Source: Chlorokybus atmophyticus (Eukaryota; Plantae; Mesostigma and Chlorokybus algae). Taken from it: 49,687 nt of DNA. The notes under the pieces are model-generated. The model saw only the letters and a list, made by a program, of their open reading frames with translations, was not told where the DNA came from and made no database searches. Position 1 is the first letter of the stretch; each line of letters opens with the position of its first letter. The position numbers and the translations under genes were made by a program. The DNA lies in NCBI GenBank assembly GCA_009103225.1, contig RHPI01001921.1, positions 1 to 49,687 of the forward strand, read 5' to 3'. Positions 25,207 to 37,554 of the stretch are shown here, piece by piece.

Positions 25207-25594
25207 ACGTGAGAGAGCTGCGGCAAACCGTTGCCGACTTGCGCAGGAAGGTATGACTTGCACTATCTGTAAGCTGCTGATATCTGTTGGTAGCATGCAT
25301 TGTGACCAAACTCTAGCAACGCAGGTGTCTGCACAGCGTCAAGAGATAGACAGGCTTGGTGTAGAACTGGAGGATGTTATAGCGGAGAATGTACGTGCCG
25401 CCCGCTACAAGTACAAGTTCCGTCGCATGCGCTATCGCATACGGAGGGTGCCCAATCTCCCCGATAACGTGAGGGAGGAGATTTACAACCTCTTCCTGGC
25501 ACTCGCTGCATCCGATAGCGAGCTGTCGGAGTATACCGAGGCCACCATGGGAGACTACGACAGCGATGGTCACGGCTATGTCTACTCCAATTGA
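25207..25594 (+). CDS. 3' exons of a small coiled-coil protein
   Basis: LRHDVRELRQTVADLRRK, then intron 25251-25324 (gtatga...gcag), then VSAQRQEIDRLGVELEDVIAEN...YVYSN*. A telo-box-like TAGGGTTT and GC-rich leader lie near 24597. An internal segment of about 90 bp is duplicated at 24851 and 25067. Confidence 0.5.
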
Positions 25595-27440
25595 GTCAGC
25601 AGCAGTTTTCACCTTGTACATAGCTGCTCTTTCAATGTCTTGCTGTTGAGGTTCCAGTAGGCCCCTAGCTGCTCGATCAGTGGGCCATAAGACCAGTTCC
25701 AATAGGCCAGTGGCGTTGTATACATGTGCTTCCTGCCTGCCTGCAATGAGAACCTGCTATTATAGCGGCTGCTGTCTGTGCATACGGGTACTCCATCACA
25801 CGCATGTCTTGCGTTTTCTGTACGCAACATGCTTACATGCGCAGTCTGCTACATGTCTAATGCATGCGCATATGCACGCCACATTGTATAAGGAAAATAG
25901 CGGCGCCCCCAATCAGCACACTGCATGCAGAGCTAACGGGGTACGGGCTGTAGTGAAGATAGGCAGCTAGGTAGCTAGGTTTGTATAGGTAGCCCGGTGG
26001 TGATAAAGATGTTGTGGGTGTTGCCATGTTGATTGTGCTGGTGCTTGTGTATGTCACATAGGCCGTGCAATGGTGAGTCACATGCACATCATTGCATATT
26101 TTCTACACACCGTGCACCAGCCGTCACATTAACCAGCAACACCAAGCACAACCACGACAACTACAGCTAGGGGGGCTGGTCTAGTGCAAGTGCTGAAATT
26201 GTATGTGCACTTGTATGACGCACAAAATTACACAACCTTCACATGTGCAACTACTGTCTTTGTTTCCATGTGGTTGTTCTATAGTGACGGCCTATACCTG
26301 GTTGCTGCATATAGGACTACCTGGTGCAATTCATACCCTCTACATGCATTTTTACAGATGGATCGATTGCACCCAATTTGCAATACATCATTCAATGACC
26401 CTTGCCCAGTACAGCGCCGCCTGACGCGCGGTACAGGGTTGCTTCAATGAATAGTGCACGGCTGTGTAATTTTGTGCGCTGTACAGCACCTGACACATGA
26501 CATTACGAATAGTGTCCTCCTTGAGATAAACGTGGCTCTCTACCCAATCGCCGTTTATGATTTCAATGACGGCATCTCGCAAATGCTGTCCATTGAAGAA
26601 CAATCCGTTACACACAGCGTCACAGTGTCACACAGTGCTTACCTCGTTGCCAATCTTCCACTTGCTTGGGGAAGGGTTGCTGACGGCCGAGGTTGCTACA
26701 CCACGGTCAAATGCGTTTGGGCTGGGGGTTTCAATCGACCCTCTGCAAGCACAACCATGTGACTCATGCTGCCAGCAATGAAAGATGCAACCCTCACAGT
26801 TGAGCAAGAAGAACGACGTGCACGGTGTATCCAATACGCATGTAGTGAGTCACTGTGCCAGTCATGACAGAGGCAAGCATGAATGTTTGAAGTTGAGCAA
26901 GAAGCAACGTGCACAGTGCATAAAAAACGCATGCATTCTAGCTTGCCCTTGCGACTGCGGTGTCAGGTGGAGTTGTTGTGATGGGCTGGGCGTTAGCGCG
27001 GGGTCTTGCTGCGATTGGTTGGCCAAGAGTGGCTACTGCTGGTTGGCGACGGTTGCCTGGTTGAACACTGTGGGCAATGTGGACTTGGGGCGCCGACCTT
27101 TACGACGAGGTGCACCTGTAGATGGACCACGAGGCATCTCTCCAACTGATAGTCGGGTGCCGCCTGTTTAGCTAATAGTGGCGCTGCCGCATCCAACGCT
27201 GCCGCCAGGTGGCCCGCCTAAATGTACGAGGCGCGAAAACGAATATGAGGCGGTTTTGAACGTCTGATGTCCCGCACCAGAGTCGCATTTGTAGTGCGTC
27301 CTTCTCCTATGGTTGATGGTATAGATTATGCATTTGTACCATCCATGCTTCATACAACCAAGGGTACCAATGGTTGGGGCGTAACATTAATGGTACGGCA
27401 TGGGCATCTCTCGTCCAACCTAGCCATTAGCGTACTATGG

Positions 27441-27470
27441 CTCTGTCGTACCATCCATGGTACGACAGAG
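27441..27470. promoter_or_regulatory. 30-bp palindrome within a GTAC-rich putative divergent promoter
   Basis: CTCTGTCGTACCAT-CC-ATGGTACGACAGAG. Six GTAC cores fall in about 27330-27470. Confidence 0.45.
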
Positions 27471-27529
27471 GCATTGCTCGATCAGCCCAAATGGGAGTTA
27501 GCGTGCACTCACCCAAACACGCTTCATTG

Positions 27530-29757
27530 ATGGCCGGATGATGGCACGCAGGGGCACCAGGTCGATGACGGGTCGAATGTCAGGCTTGATGGGCCTGGGT
27601 TCGACTAGGAGGCAGAGGACCAGGAGTCGGAGGAGGCGGCGGCGGCGGCGTGGCACATCTTGCGAGAAGTTGTGGTCGTAAGAGTTCAAGCAGCGAAGCC
27701 AGCTACTACCGGTCGCCACGTCATGGATCATGGCAGGCGTCAGCAATGGGGCTGTCCAACATGCATCATCAACATTGGACAAACCAGCAGGCAAGCCATT
27801 AAAGACCATCTTCACACAGAGAGCTGCTTGGTGGCTCGCTTTCTGCAACAAGGAGTGGATCAGGAGCTGCAGTCCTTGGAGCCCCTTGTCAGAACCATGC
27901 GGGACCAATTGCGGCTATGGGAACAAGCACAAAGGAATGCAGAGGTACGCTCAACAGTCACATGCATTTCCTTGCAAGAGCAATTTGTTTTTTAGCGCAG
28001 TCCATGTGATATATGTAGCGTGGCTGCAGGCCTCCACTATTCACCCATACCCACCCTACAGTCAAGCCGACATTGCGGAAGCAAGAGCAGATAGACAGAG
28101 CTGGGCGGCGGTATGTTGTTGCCAATCTCGCTGTGCATTATGACTGCAATGTCGGCTCCAATGCATGCCTACCTTTGCATGCTATAGGATGTGCGTGAGC
28201 GTGCGAAGTCGCGCGCGCGTGCCGAACGAAGTAGGCTGGGTTTGAGCACAGGAGCGCGTGGCCATTCGTCCGGCAATCAACCAGTAGTGCATTAACCAGC
28301 AATGACGCAGTCCATGCAATCATTCGCGCATCAACCAGCAATGTCGTAGGTGACTGTTCTAAGCAACCAAGTAATTACGGTGTGACGCAGTTGACTATTG
28401 CAATTGTTGTGTCGCATGCATGCAGCTAACCCACATGTGATTGGTTGACAGCACCTCAGTGCACTAGGTCCTATTAAAACTCCTATGCAAGCCTGGATTG
28501 GATCCCATCCAATGGTCCTTCAATCCCACTTGCTGATGGGCGCGGCGGCAATGCGGCATCAGTTTAACATGCATGTTGGCCTGTTGAATCTCAACATGAC
28601 CATTGGGGCAGTGGCGCCTCCTGTGCCCATAGCTTCGTAACGAGTCTGCAAGGGTGGCGGGGGAAGTGCACCCAATACCACCTTGTCAGCCCCCATGTCT
28701 TCCGCTGCTCCATGCAGCCCACGGGCCATTGAGGTAAGTCGCTGTCTTTTATGCTTGTGCCTTTGTAATAATGCGTTTGGCACTGCATAAGCTTACATTC
28801 GTCATTTGCAATATTGTAAGCCATCTTATCATGTGTCCTATATACAGGCCCCCTTGCTGCATGCACAAGTGGTCTCACCTGACGCACCTGCTCCCCTCGC
28901 AGCCAGAGCGCATCTACCTTCCGTGGCACCAGTCCTTTATGCACTGCCGTCTCCTCCACGAGCAGCACCGATAATTGCGGGGCAACAATCCTTCTTGCCG
29001 CAACTTACGAGACCACAGCACAATGCAACTACCGATGTGGCTTCTGCACCTACCTTACCCCACCCGCTGCAAATTGAAGCCGGCAGTCTGCCCCAAGCTC
29101 AGGTATTTTATGATTCACTGTGACTGTCACCGTCGCTGAAACGACCACAAGTCGCCTGAAATCAAAGACAGAATGTAAGTGTTGAGAACGCTTCCTCAGT
29201 GCATGGTCGTACATGTCATTGTGCATTCATAGACTGCACTTGTGTCACCAGAACGACACAGTCAATCACACTGTCAGAGAGGCGTCTGTACGCCTTTTAG
29301 AAGGGATATTTAACTCAGCTGAAAGCAAGTGCGCTGAGCTTACACGCGTGCTAGATAGACTATTCCTGCTGTTAACACAGATAGACTCCAGAATAGAACA
29401 AGAGAAAGAACAGAGGGTATGTTTGTGTTATTCGTAAATGAGTTGTGTGTAATTCGTGTTCTAACTGGTGGTTATGATTCGCAGAAACTTACCAAGGAAG
29501 TGTTCCGTAAGGCAGAGACCACAATTCGCAAAGGCCTTCAAGAGATCCGCTCCCGCTCAGGGCGCCATGGTGACACGGGCTGCAAATCAGCACAGGCTGA
29601 AGGAGCAGGATTATCAGTCAACCTGTCCCTAGTTTTCTGGCCATTGTTGCCACAGTTGAACACTTGGCTGGCAGAAGGCACTGCGGTCACAATTGTTACA
29701 CTATGCACAAAGCACCTAAGCTTCCAGGTGACAAAAGGCTCACACCGCAGTCTATAG
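27530..29757 (+). pseudogene. Gene A: acidic leader, CxxC-x12-H-x5-C zinc-finger-like exon, Pro/Ala-rich exons, then coiled-coil exons
   Basis: WGCPTCIINIGQTSRQAIKDHLHTESC, with GT-AG introns. Downstream exons NDTVNHTVREASVRLLEG...EKEQR and KLTKEVFRKAETTIRKGLQEI. In-frame TAG at 27606 (GFD*EAEDQE). Ends are approximate. Confidence 0.55.
27717..29126 (+). repeat. Left arm of a long inverted repeat (at least 1.4 kb); may extend further left
   Basis: Reverse complement of 48269-49687. The ORF track shows near-identical peptides at 27730..28143(+) and 49261..49674(-). Confidence 0.97.
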
Positions 29758-29920
29758 CACGAGAGTCTACAGCACGCGACTTATTGCAGCTGCGATAACC
29801 AGTGCCGAAGTCATACTGCGCACAACGCACAACACATGCGCACAACGCACGCGCGAGCGAACAAAACTTCCCAATGACGGAATCTGACAACAAATACTTC
29901 CAAATGAATCAACTTCTAGT

Positions 29921-30004
29921 GCCTGTGACCTAGGGTTCGTCGGAGCGGCCTATGCGGTCGCCTGTGACCTAGGGTTCGTTGGAGCGGCCTATGCGGTCGC
30001 CTGT
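29921..30004. repeat. 39-bp tandem duplication at the probable 5' end of the SET gene
   Basis: gcctgtgacctagggttcgt(c/t)ggagcggcctatgcggtc x2, plus gcctgt. Confidence 0.9.
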
Positions 30005-31604
30005 CACGCCGCCGGCAGCCTGATGTTTGGTGTGCCTAAGGTAGTTCTGGCGGTGCTGGCAGAGGTGTGGTAGCAGAGTGCTGGCTTGTGTTGCACAAGA
30101 GTGTTATCCAATGCAAGTTGTTGCAGAGATCAGCAAGCTGAGAAACACCATGGATGATGACATCCCTACCGTGTCGGCGGCATCGTCGACTTCAGAGGAG
30201 ACTCGTAGGCAGCCTTCACACCAGCGGACTTTCTATTGGCACTGTCCCTACTTCAGAACAAATGTGAAGGCGGGCCATGTAAAGTCCAACGGGCTTCCAA
30301 AAACCACACACACCAAGACTGCAAAGATCGCGCAGCACCTGCACATCAGATATTGCAGGTACATGCGCAGACAAACCAACCAGGGCGGCAGGGAGACAGC
30401 AGATGAGCTGAAGGCACGGATGGGGGATTCTCTCTCCAAACCAGTACGGGTGCGTGCGATGTTGTGAAAGTGCGTTTGTTCATATGGACTTGTAGACTCA
30501 TAGACGTTGTATGCATGCTAGTGAACTAATATCTGGGCAAAAGACTATGCAACAAAATTGACTTACGTGAAGCATATGTTAGCGTGCAGGCCCTGAATCA
30601 TCCAAAACAAAGCAGAGTTTCCGTCGACAACGTGCGGAGAGTCACCGAGGAGTATCTGCGAAAGCATCACACTGGAGCCTTTGCATTTGTAAGCACATGC
30701 AGCATGCAACTGTTAGCGAAACAAATGCCATTACAACGCCTTGGTTGCTAACCTTGTCGCTTGTTACACAGAACAAGAAATTCTGGGATGACGCTGAGCA
30801 CGATTACAACAACATCCCCCTCTACCCGAAGGAGCAAATCACACCAAAGCGGACAAAGCGGCAGCGGCAGCAAGGTTCAGGTGTTGCCGCTGCAGGTTCA
30901 GCGGCAGAAGCGTCAACAGCGGAGGAAACCGAGTTCGACTTCGCTGCGACAGAGACGAGGGAGCCAGAGGAGCTTGAGGAACAACTTGAGGATGTGATGC
31001 AGGAGGGGTCGGAGGAGTCAGCGCAGAAGGCTACGGAGGAGGTGTTGGAATTGGAGCAGTCTGAGGAGGAAGAGGTGGTGCCACCTGCAAAGAAACCGAG
31101 GCATGCCAGCTGGCAAGGCATGAAAATAGGAACGTCATCGGCAGCCGGCTCTCCCCAAACTCCCCAAACACCTGTGAGTATCCATGCGAATACTCATAGA
31201 CTGCTCTGATCAGGACATGTGCGCGTTGTCTTATGTCATAGGCCGAGACAGTTTGTGAGTCAATAAATGTATATGATATCCTTACCATTGTCTTACACAC
31301 AGGGTGGCAGGGTGAACCAACCTGTAGCCGATGCCCCACAGGCTACTAAGCCAAGGCAACACCGATCAGCGCAGGCCCGTGAACTGGCTGTGACCAATGC
31401 TGCAGCCGAGGTCAATCGATTCACCAAGACGGGGATGGACGCTGTGGAGTTGCCACCGCCATCAGAAGAACATCTGCGGGTGCGTCTTTGTTCGCATGGT
31501 ATCATGCATGCTGATCACATGCCATGGGCGCCATGCTGCATGCACTGCTCAGTTGCAGCCTATGACAATTCACACCAACTTACCGTCACTTGTTGTTTGC
31601 ACAG

Positions 31605-32145
31605 TGACAGAGAGCTTCCCAATCGCAAGCGCATACATAGAGCGACCGGTGACCCATGGCAGCTGTGGATGAATGGTCCAATTCCCATAGGCGAACTCTT
31701 CTATTTTGCTGGCAAAGAGTTCGTCATCAAGCCTTCAAATATCCCTGGCGCAGGGCTCGGCTTGTTCACCTGCCAGCCAATTAAGAAGGGTGACCGCATC
31801 ATGGTCTTTGACGGCAAGTGGTACTCCTACCGGGAGATGCAGAAGACATTCCCTCAGAAGGAGCACCTGCACCACCAGCGATACCACCTGCAGGTCATCA
31901 GGGACGTGCCACGCCGCCAGAGCCCTGTCATCGATGGCCACCCTCGATATGGGAACATAGCTGGCTTCCTCAACTCCAGCCGCGATACGCAGTACAAACC
32001 CAACTGCCACATCATGGACTCTGTTGATGAGGCTGCGGTGCAGACAGCTGAGGTTAGGAGTCAGAGTGTCATCGCCGCCGGGGAAGAGCTGCTCATGGAA
32101 TACGATTCCTTCCCTCCACCTACAGACGAGCAACCTACAGACCAT
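31605..32145 (+). CDS. SET domain exon (lysine methyltransferase fold)
   Basis: IKPSNIPGAGLGLFTCQPIKKGD (GxG), GNIAGFLNSS (RxxNHS-like with H replaced by S), and GEELLMEY. Confidence 0.85.
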
Positions 32146-33073
32146 GTGAGTATATGCAGCCTGTGGCTCATGCCTATAGACATCACTTGCTCTGCCAGAC
32201 ACTGTCTCCTGCTGTTATAGACTGCATATGTGAGAGCTGTGCGGTCTATGACCTTGTCATTCAGCATTGCAAACAATGTGCTGATCACCGTCTTACCTCA
32301 AGTCATGGAGTACTTTTTCGAGGCGGCCAGAGAAAAGTTTATCAAGGAGGCAACAGAGTTGGCAGCTCGCCATGGCGTCGCGCTCGAAGACGGCGCGTAC
32401 CTCGCAGCTTGCACTGCACCGCGTCAAGCTGGTGAATCTTTAGGCTCCTACACATGGAGGATGTAGTATCGAGAAGACCATTTTGTCCATGGTGCGCAAT
32501 GGTCTGAATGAAAGCAGGCGACATTGGTTGACTGAGGAGCAGATAGCTGCCGTGCGCACCAATGTTCAAAACGCCCAAGATATGACTGCACAGTGGCAGG
32601 CTGAGCAAAAGCAATTGCAGCAACGCAACAAGGCGGAGTGGGAGACACGCCGGCTACGCATCAACGCCATTGCTAATCGGAGGAAACAGAAGCGAGAAGT
32701 TTGGCTGGAAGAGCAGATGAAGACCATCCATTTTCAAGATCCAGGTGGGGCTGAGAATTACAAGTCCTTGCGCGCATACCTCATCAACAAGTGGGAGTGC
32801 AACCATCCTTGGCCATCCATTCCTGCTGCAGCTCCTGGTCCGACTCCTTCTAGTGCTGCTTCTGGTGCTGCGGCTACCTCTAGCAATCCTTCTCAAGCTG
32901 CTGTCGATGCTGCTCTTGCCTCAGCTGCTGCTGCTGCTGCTGCACTTGCAGCATTGGGAGGGGTTTCGGGGCGACCTTCAGTTCCTCTAGTGTTTCCGAA
33001 CATGCCACCACAAGGAAGCGCAGAAAAGGATGCCATAGACCGTGGCCATCAAACTGCTGGAGGGACTTCAGGT

Positions 33074-33497
33074 TGTTGAGAGTATTCCTACATACGATCA
33101 GCATCGACCCTCCACACAGGAGTAGAAGGTCGTAAGGACGAGCACTAGGTCCGGACTTAGCAAGATGGCATCGTCGGACCAGACTCCGGACTCCAGACTG
33201 GAGCCTTACTAACTGCTTCGTATCTCCGCGTATACTTACTCATATTAGGCGTGTAAGAGCTTGTTGGAAAGCTCTGGTTGTAAGGAAGACAACACAGCTT
33301 AGAGCGCGTCAAACGGCTGAGTATAGCTTACGCAGTGCTTGCAAACGTAGACGTGTGTGTAACTGGCTGGTATAAGAACCAGCGGACAACTTGTAATAGA
33401 TGAATGTGATGTGACTTGTGTATGCTCTGGTGGCGGTAGCTCTGTCTCTGTGTATCCATGCTTGCCTCAACTACATGTGCATGCTAGTCCTTCAACA
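33074..33497 (+). repeat. 5' LTR (424 bp)
   Basis: TG...CA ends; 7 mismatches to the 3' LTR by eye. Confidence 0.97.
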
Positions 33498-33510
33498 GGT
33501 TATGGGCCCA
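33498..33510 (+). other. Primer-binding site of the half-tRNAiMet type
   Basis: GGTTATGGGCCCA directly after the 5' LTR, as in Drosophila copia-type elements primed by a tRNAiMet fragment. Confidence 0.85.
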
Positions 33511-33624
33511 CACTACGCTTGAGGAGTGTGAGACTAGCTTGTGTGCATAGTAGTTCTACACTACGGTAGCTTGTTGGTAGCAGAGCCTTGGGTGTCAACT
33601 GCAAGAAAGGCAGGCTCGACAGAA

Positions 33625-36600
33625 ATGGAGGCGACCTACGACAAGGGGCAGATTGCAAAGCTGGACACCGACAACTACAACACATGGTGCGTGGAGATGA
33701 AGGCCTTGCTCATCCACAAGAAGGTGTGGAAGTACGTTGATCCGAAGGCACCACCACCAACACCAGGAGCGAACACTGTGTGGTCAGAGCATTCAGCAGA
33801 AGCACACTCTTTGCTTGTGTTGAACAGCAAACCGCATCACTTTCCCATGCTCACTGCATGTGAAGATGGTAGACAAGCTTGGGAAAAGCTATCAGCCGTT
33901 TTCAGAGCCAAGAACAATGCCAGAAAGTTGCATCTACGCAAGCAGCTCAGCGCACTCAGGAAGGAGGCAGCAGAACCCATCACAAAGTATGTTGCGCGCG
34001 CGAGAGAGCTGTGGGCGGACCTCATCAACGTCGGCCACAACATGGGGGAGACGGAGGTAGTGCTGGCCATTGTTGCAGGGCTACCAGCAGAGTACGAGGT
34101 CGTCGCAACCCTGCTGGAGACGTCATCATCGGAGTTGACGTTGGACGATGTGCTACCGAAGCTGCTCACCGTGGAGCAGAGGGTTGTGAAGAAGGACGAG
34201 CAAGCGGATGCCGTCGCCTTCTACACCGGCAAGCACGCAAAGAAGAGCAACCATGAAGAGAAGTACAAGGGCAACAAGCCAGGCAATCCTCGTCACAAAG
34301 ACCTCACATGCCACTGGTGTGGTTGGAAGGGGCACATTGTGAAGGACTGTAGGAGGAAACAACAGGGGCAACCTAGAGCAAGCACCAGCAACAGCGGCAA
34401 CGAGCACCAACACAAGGAGAAACATGTCGCCTTCACTGCATCCAGTTCGAGGGCGGGCACAGCTTTCTGGGTGGTGGACTCTGGCTGCGATCGTCATCTC
34501 ACACCAAACAAGGAGGTGATGGAGGGCTACAGGAAGCTGACGTCCACAATCAAGGTGGCGGGCTTCGGTGGCGAAGTACTGGTGGCTGAGGGAGTTGGCA
34601 ACGTACGACTCCAGTGCAAGGTTGGTAACACACTACGCGAGGTGTTGTTACGCAACGTCCTGCATGTTCCTAAGGCTATTGCGAGTCTATTCTCTGTGAG
34701 GGTTGCGGAGCGCTTAGGCGCGGAGATCCTATTTCGGAAGGGTGGCTGCTCAGTCATCCTTGACGGGGTCGTGCACATGGTTGGAATCGCTGATCCGGGA
34801 GGGCTCTACCACGTGGAGCAGCCTCAAGACAGAGACATTCAAGCCATGGTGGTGAAGGACAAGGAGTCGCCAACATTGTGGCATCGGAGGTTCGGGCATC
34901 TCAGCTACGTCAACCTCACTCGCCTTGTCGCTGAGAAGATGGTCAAGGGCATCCATCTCAGCACAGAAGAACTCAAGAATGCATCAGGTGCACTTTGTGA
35001 ACCATGCCTGGTTGCAAAGCAGCATGCTATGCCATTCCCATCATCCTCTTCTAGCAGTCAGCATCCTTGCGAGCTTGTGCACATGGATGTCTGTGGCCCT
35101 ATGCGCATTGTGGCGAAGGGAGGGGCCAGGTACTTTGCTACATTCCTCGACGACTACAGCAAGCTGTCCATCATCTTTCCATTGACGCTGAAGTCAGAAG
35201 TTGCTGGAGCTGTGCGCACAGTTGTGGCCTTGTTGGAGACCCAGTCTGGCAACAAGATGAAGGCAATGAGGAGTGATCGAGGAGGGGAGTACATCAACAA
35301 GGAGTTGAAGGAGTTCTTCGCCAGCAAGGGCATACGCCACGAGACAACGGCACCCTACACCCCGCAGCAGAATGGAGCAGCTGAACGCCTCAACAGGACA
35401 CTCTTGGAGCGTGTTCGAGCCATGCTCAACGACACAAAGATGGAAGACAGTTTGTGGAAGGAGGCGGTACTCACTGCCAACTACATCCGCAACAGGTCTC
35501 CGGTGAGCTCAGAGCAGAAGACTCCGTGGGAGCACTTCTATGGAGCCACACCAGATGTGAGTGGTATGCGTGTGTTTGGATGCACGGCATATGCACTAGT
35601 GCCTAAACAGCTCAGGCACAAGCTGGAGCCGGTCAGCAAGAAGGGCATCTTCGTTGGCTATGAACCGGGTTCCAAGGCTTACAGGATCTTGCTCGAGGAC
35701 ACTCAGAAGATCATCGTGAGCAGAGAGGTGGTTTTCCACGAGGGATTATCACAACCAGAAGCAGGCTTCTTTCCTGAAGATGAAGCACAGCCGGAGCATC
35801 CTGAAACAGTGGAGGCTACAGGCAAGGCCATCATCGACGATAAGGGTGAGCAGGACTCCACTGTAGCAGACAAGCAGTCGCACCTGCAGCAGGAGCACGC
35901 AGCTCGGAGATACCCAGTGAGGGAGAGAAAGGCACCTGACTTCCTACACAAGGCACACGTCGCCAGTGTGCAGAATGAGGAGCCAAGCACCTACGAGGAG
36001 GCATTGTTAGCACCAGATGCGGAGCAATGGCAGCGTGCTATGGACGAGGAGATTGCGTCACTCCATGCCAACAACACTTGGTCACTGGAGCAGTTACCGC
36101 AAGGAGTGAAGACCATTCCAGTGAAATGGGTCTTCAAGGTGAAGCGTGATGGTCAGGGCAACATTGAGCGCTACAAGGCAAGACTGGTGGCAAAGGGCTT
36201 CTTGCAGCAGGAAGGTGTGGACTTCAACGAAGTGTTTGCACCTGCAAGTAAGCATACCACCTTCCGTGCACTGCTAGCTATGGTTGCTGCTGAAGACCTA
36301 GAGCTGCATCACCTGGATGTGAAGACTGCCTTCCTCTACGGAGAGCTGGAGGAGGAGATCTTCATCGAGCAACCACCTGGATATGAAGAAGGGGAGAGAG
36401 GCACAGCGTGCAAGCTGATCAAGGCACTGTACGGGCTGCGACAGGCACCGCGTATGTGGCACATCAAGCTCACCAAGGAGCTGGAGGCACTTGGCTTCAC
36501 CGCATCCTCTGCAGACCCTGGGCTCTTCATCCATGCAGACAACAAGGTCTGGCTGCTCGTGTATGTTGATGATATCATCATCACCGCCAGGCAGGTGCAC

Positions 36601-37512
36601 CACCTGCAGGAGACGAAACTTGCTCTACAGCAAGCATTCTCAGTTCGTGATCTTGGAGAGGCCAAGTGGTTCCTTGGCATGGTGATTGAGCGCGACAGGG
36701 CGGCTCGCACAATCAAGATCAGTCAGGAGCAGATGGTGAGAAGACTCGTCACCAAGTTTGGGCTCACTGAAGCGAAGACCAAGACCACACCGTTGGCACT
36801 TGGCACTGCCCTCATCAAGGCAAAGGATGAGGAGGTACTCGACAAGGCTCAGTATCCATATGGTGAGCTGGTAGGCAGCATGCTCTATCTGGCAGTGTGC
36901 ACACGTCCCGATGTTGCACATGCTGTGGGAGTACTTGCTCGCTACATGTCTGCACCGAGCATGGAGCACTGGAGAGCAGCAAAGGGAGTACTACGCTATG
37001 TTGCTGGGAGCGCAACAGTTGGCATCAAGTTTGGGAGCGGGAGCACTGAGTTGGAGGGCTACTGCGACTCGGACTTTGCTGGTGACCTCAACAGCAGGAG
37101 GTCCACTACAGGCTACGTCTTCAAGCTGAACGGAGGCGTGGTGAGCTGGAACAGCAGGCTGCAGCCAACAACAGCAGCATCTACATCAGAGGCTGAGTAC
37201 ATGGCAGCGGCAGCAGCAGTGAAGGAGGCACTCTGGCTTCGCAAGCTCATGGCAGACTTGGAGCACCCCATGGCGTGCATCGTCATCAACTGTGACAACC
37301 AAGGAGCCATCAAGTTGTTGAAGCACCCTATCGCCTCGGCAAGGACGAAGCACATTGATGTCATGCATCACTTTGTGCGTGACAGAGTCACAAGGAAGGA
37401 GGTGGAGTTCCAGTACTGCAACACCGAGGGCATGCTGGCGGACTTCATGACAAAGCCATTGTCACCACTCAAGTTCAAGACTTGTTGTGCAGGACTTGGC
37501 ATCTGTGTTTGA
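33625..37512 (+). CDS. Copia gag-pol polyprotein (gag, CCHC knuckle, protease, integrase, RT, RNase H), uninterrupted
   Basis: CHWCGWKGHIVKDC; WVVDSGC; LWHRRFGHL; VHMDVCGP, FLDDYS, RSDRGGEY, QQNGAAERLN; KARLVAKG, LDVKTAFL, YVDDII; YCDSDFAGD, EAEYMA, KHIDV. Domain order is PR-IN-RT-RH. Confidence 0.98.
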   Translation: MEATYDKGQIAKLDTDNYNTWCVEMKALLIHKKVWKYVDPKAPPPTPGANTVWSEHSAEAHSLLVLNSKPHHFPMLTACEDGRQAWEKLSAVFRAKNNARKLHLRKQLSALRKEAAEPITKYVARARELWADLINVGHNMGETEVVLAIVAGLPAEYEVVATLLETSSSELTLDDVLPKLLTVEQRVVKKDEQADAVAFYTGKHAKKSNHEEKYKGNKPGNPRHKDLTCHWCGWKGHIVKDCRRKQQGQPRASTSNSGNEHQHKEKHVAFTASSSRAGTAFWVVDSGCDRHLTPNKEVMEGYRKLTSTIKVAGFGGEVLVAEGVGNVRLQCKVGNTLREVLLRNVLHVPKAIASLFSVRVAERLGAEILFRKGGCSVILDGVVHMVGIADPGGLYHVEQPQDRDIQAMVVKDKESPTLWHRRFGHLSYVNLTRLVAEKMVKGIHLSTEELKNASGALCEPCLVAKQHAMPFPSSSSSSQHPCELVHMDVCGPMRIVAKGGARYFATFLDDYSKLSIIFPLTLKSEVAGAVRTVVALLETQSGNKMKAMRSDRGGEYINKELKEFFASKGIRHETTAPYTPQQNGAAERLNRTLLERVRAMLNDTKMEDSLWKEAVLTANYIRNRSPVSSEQKTPWEHFYGATPDVSGMRVFGCTAYALVPKQLRHKLEPVSKKGIFVGYEPGSKAYRILLEDTQKIIVSREVVFHEGLSQPEAGFFPEDEAQPEHPETVEATGKAIIDDKGEQDSTVADKQSHLQQEHAARRYPVRERKAPDFLHKAHVASVQNEEPSTYEEALLAPDAEQWQRAMDEEIASLHANNTWSLEQLPQGVKTIPVKWVFKVKRDGQGNIERYKARLVAKGFLQQEGVDFNEVFAPASKHTTFRALLAMVAAEDLELHHLDVKTAFLYGELEEEIFIEQPPGYEEGERGTACKLIKALYGLRQAPRMWHIKLTKELEALGFTASSADPGLFIHADNKVWLLVYVDDIIITARQVHHLQETKLALQQAFSVRDLGEAKWFLGMVIERDRAARTIKISQEQMVRRLVTKFGLTEAKTKTTPLALGTALIKAKDEEVLDKAQYPYGELVGSMLYLAVCTRPDVAHAVGVLARYMSAPSMEHWRAAKGVLRYVAGSATVGIKFGSGSTELEGYCDSDFAGDLNSRRSTTGYVFKLNGGVVSWNSRLQPTTAASTSEAEYMAAAAAVKEALWLRKLMADLEHPMACIVINCDNQGAIKLLKHPIASARTKHIDVMHHFVRDRVTRKEVEFQYCNTEGMLADFMTKPLSPLKFKTCCAGLGICV

Positions 37513-37554
37513 CTACAGGAGCAAGCGTTGGAGGTCAAGCTGCTCGCGTGGGAG

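Noticed and set aside
24770-25594. 274-aa ORF as a single-exon gene
   Set aside because: The first two thirds is Cys/Val-rich read-through of TG-rich intronic and duplicated DNA. Only the spliced 3' exons look coding.
26220-26477. MITE suggested by the 18-bp inverted pair gcacaaaattacaca(a/g)cc
   Set aside because: No clear termini or target duplication, and the right arm lies at a probable exon/intron junction.
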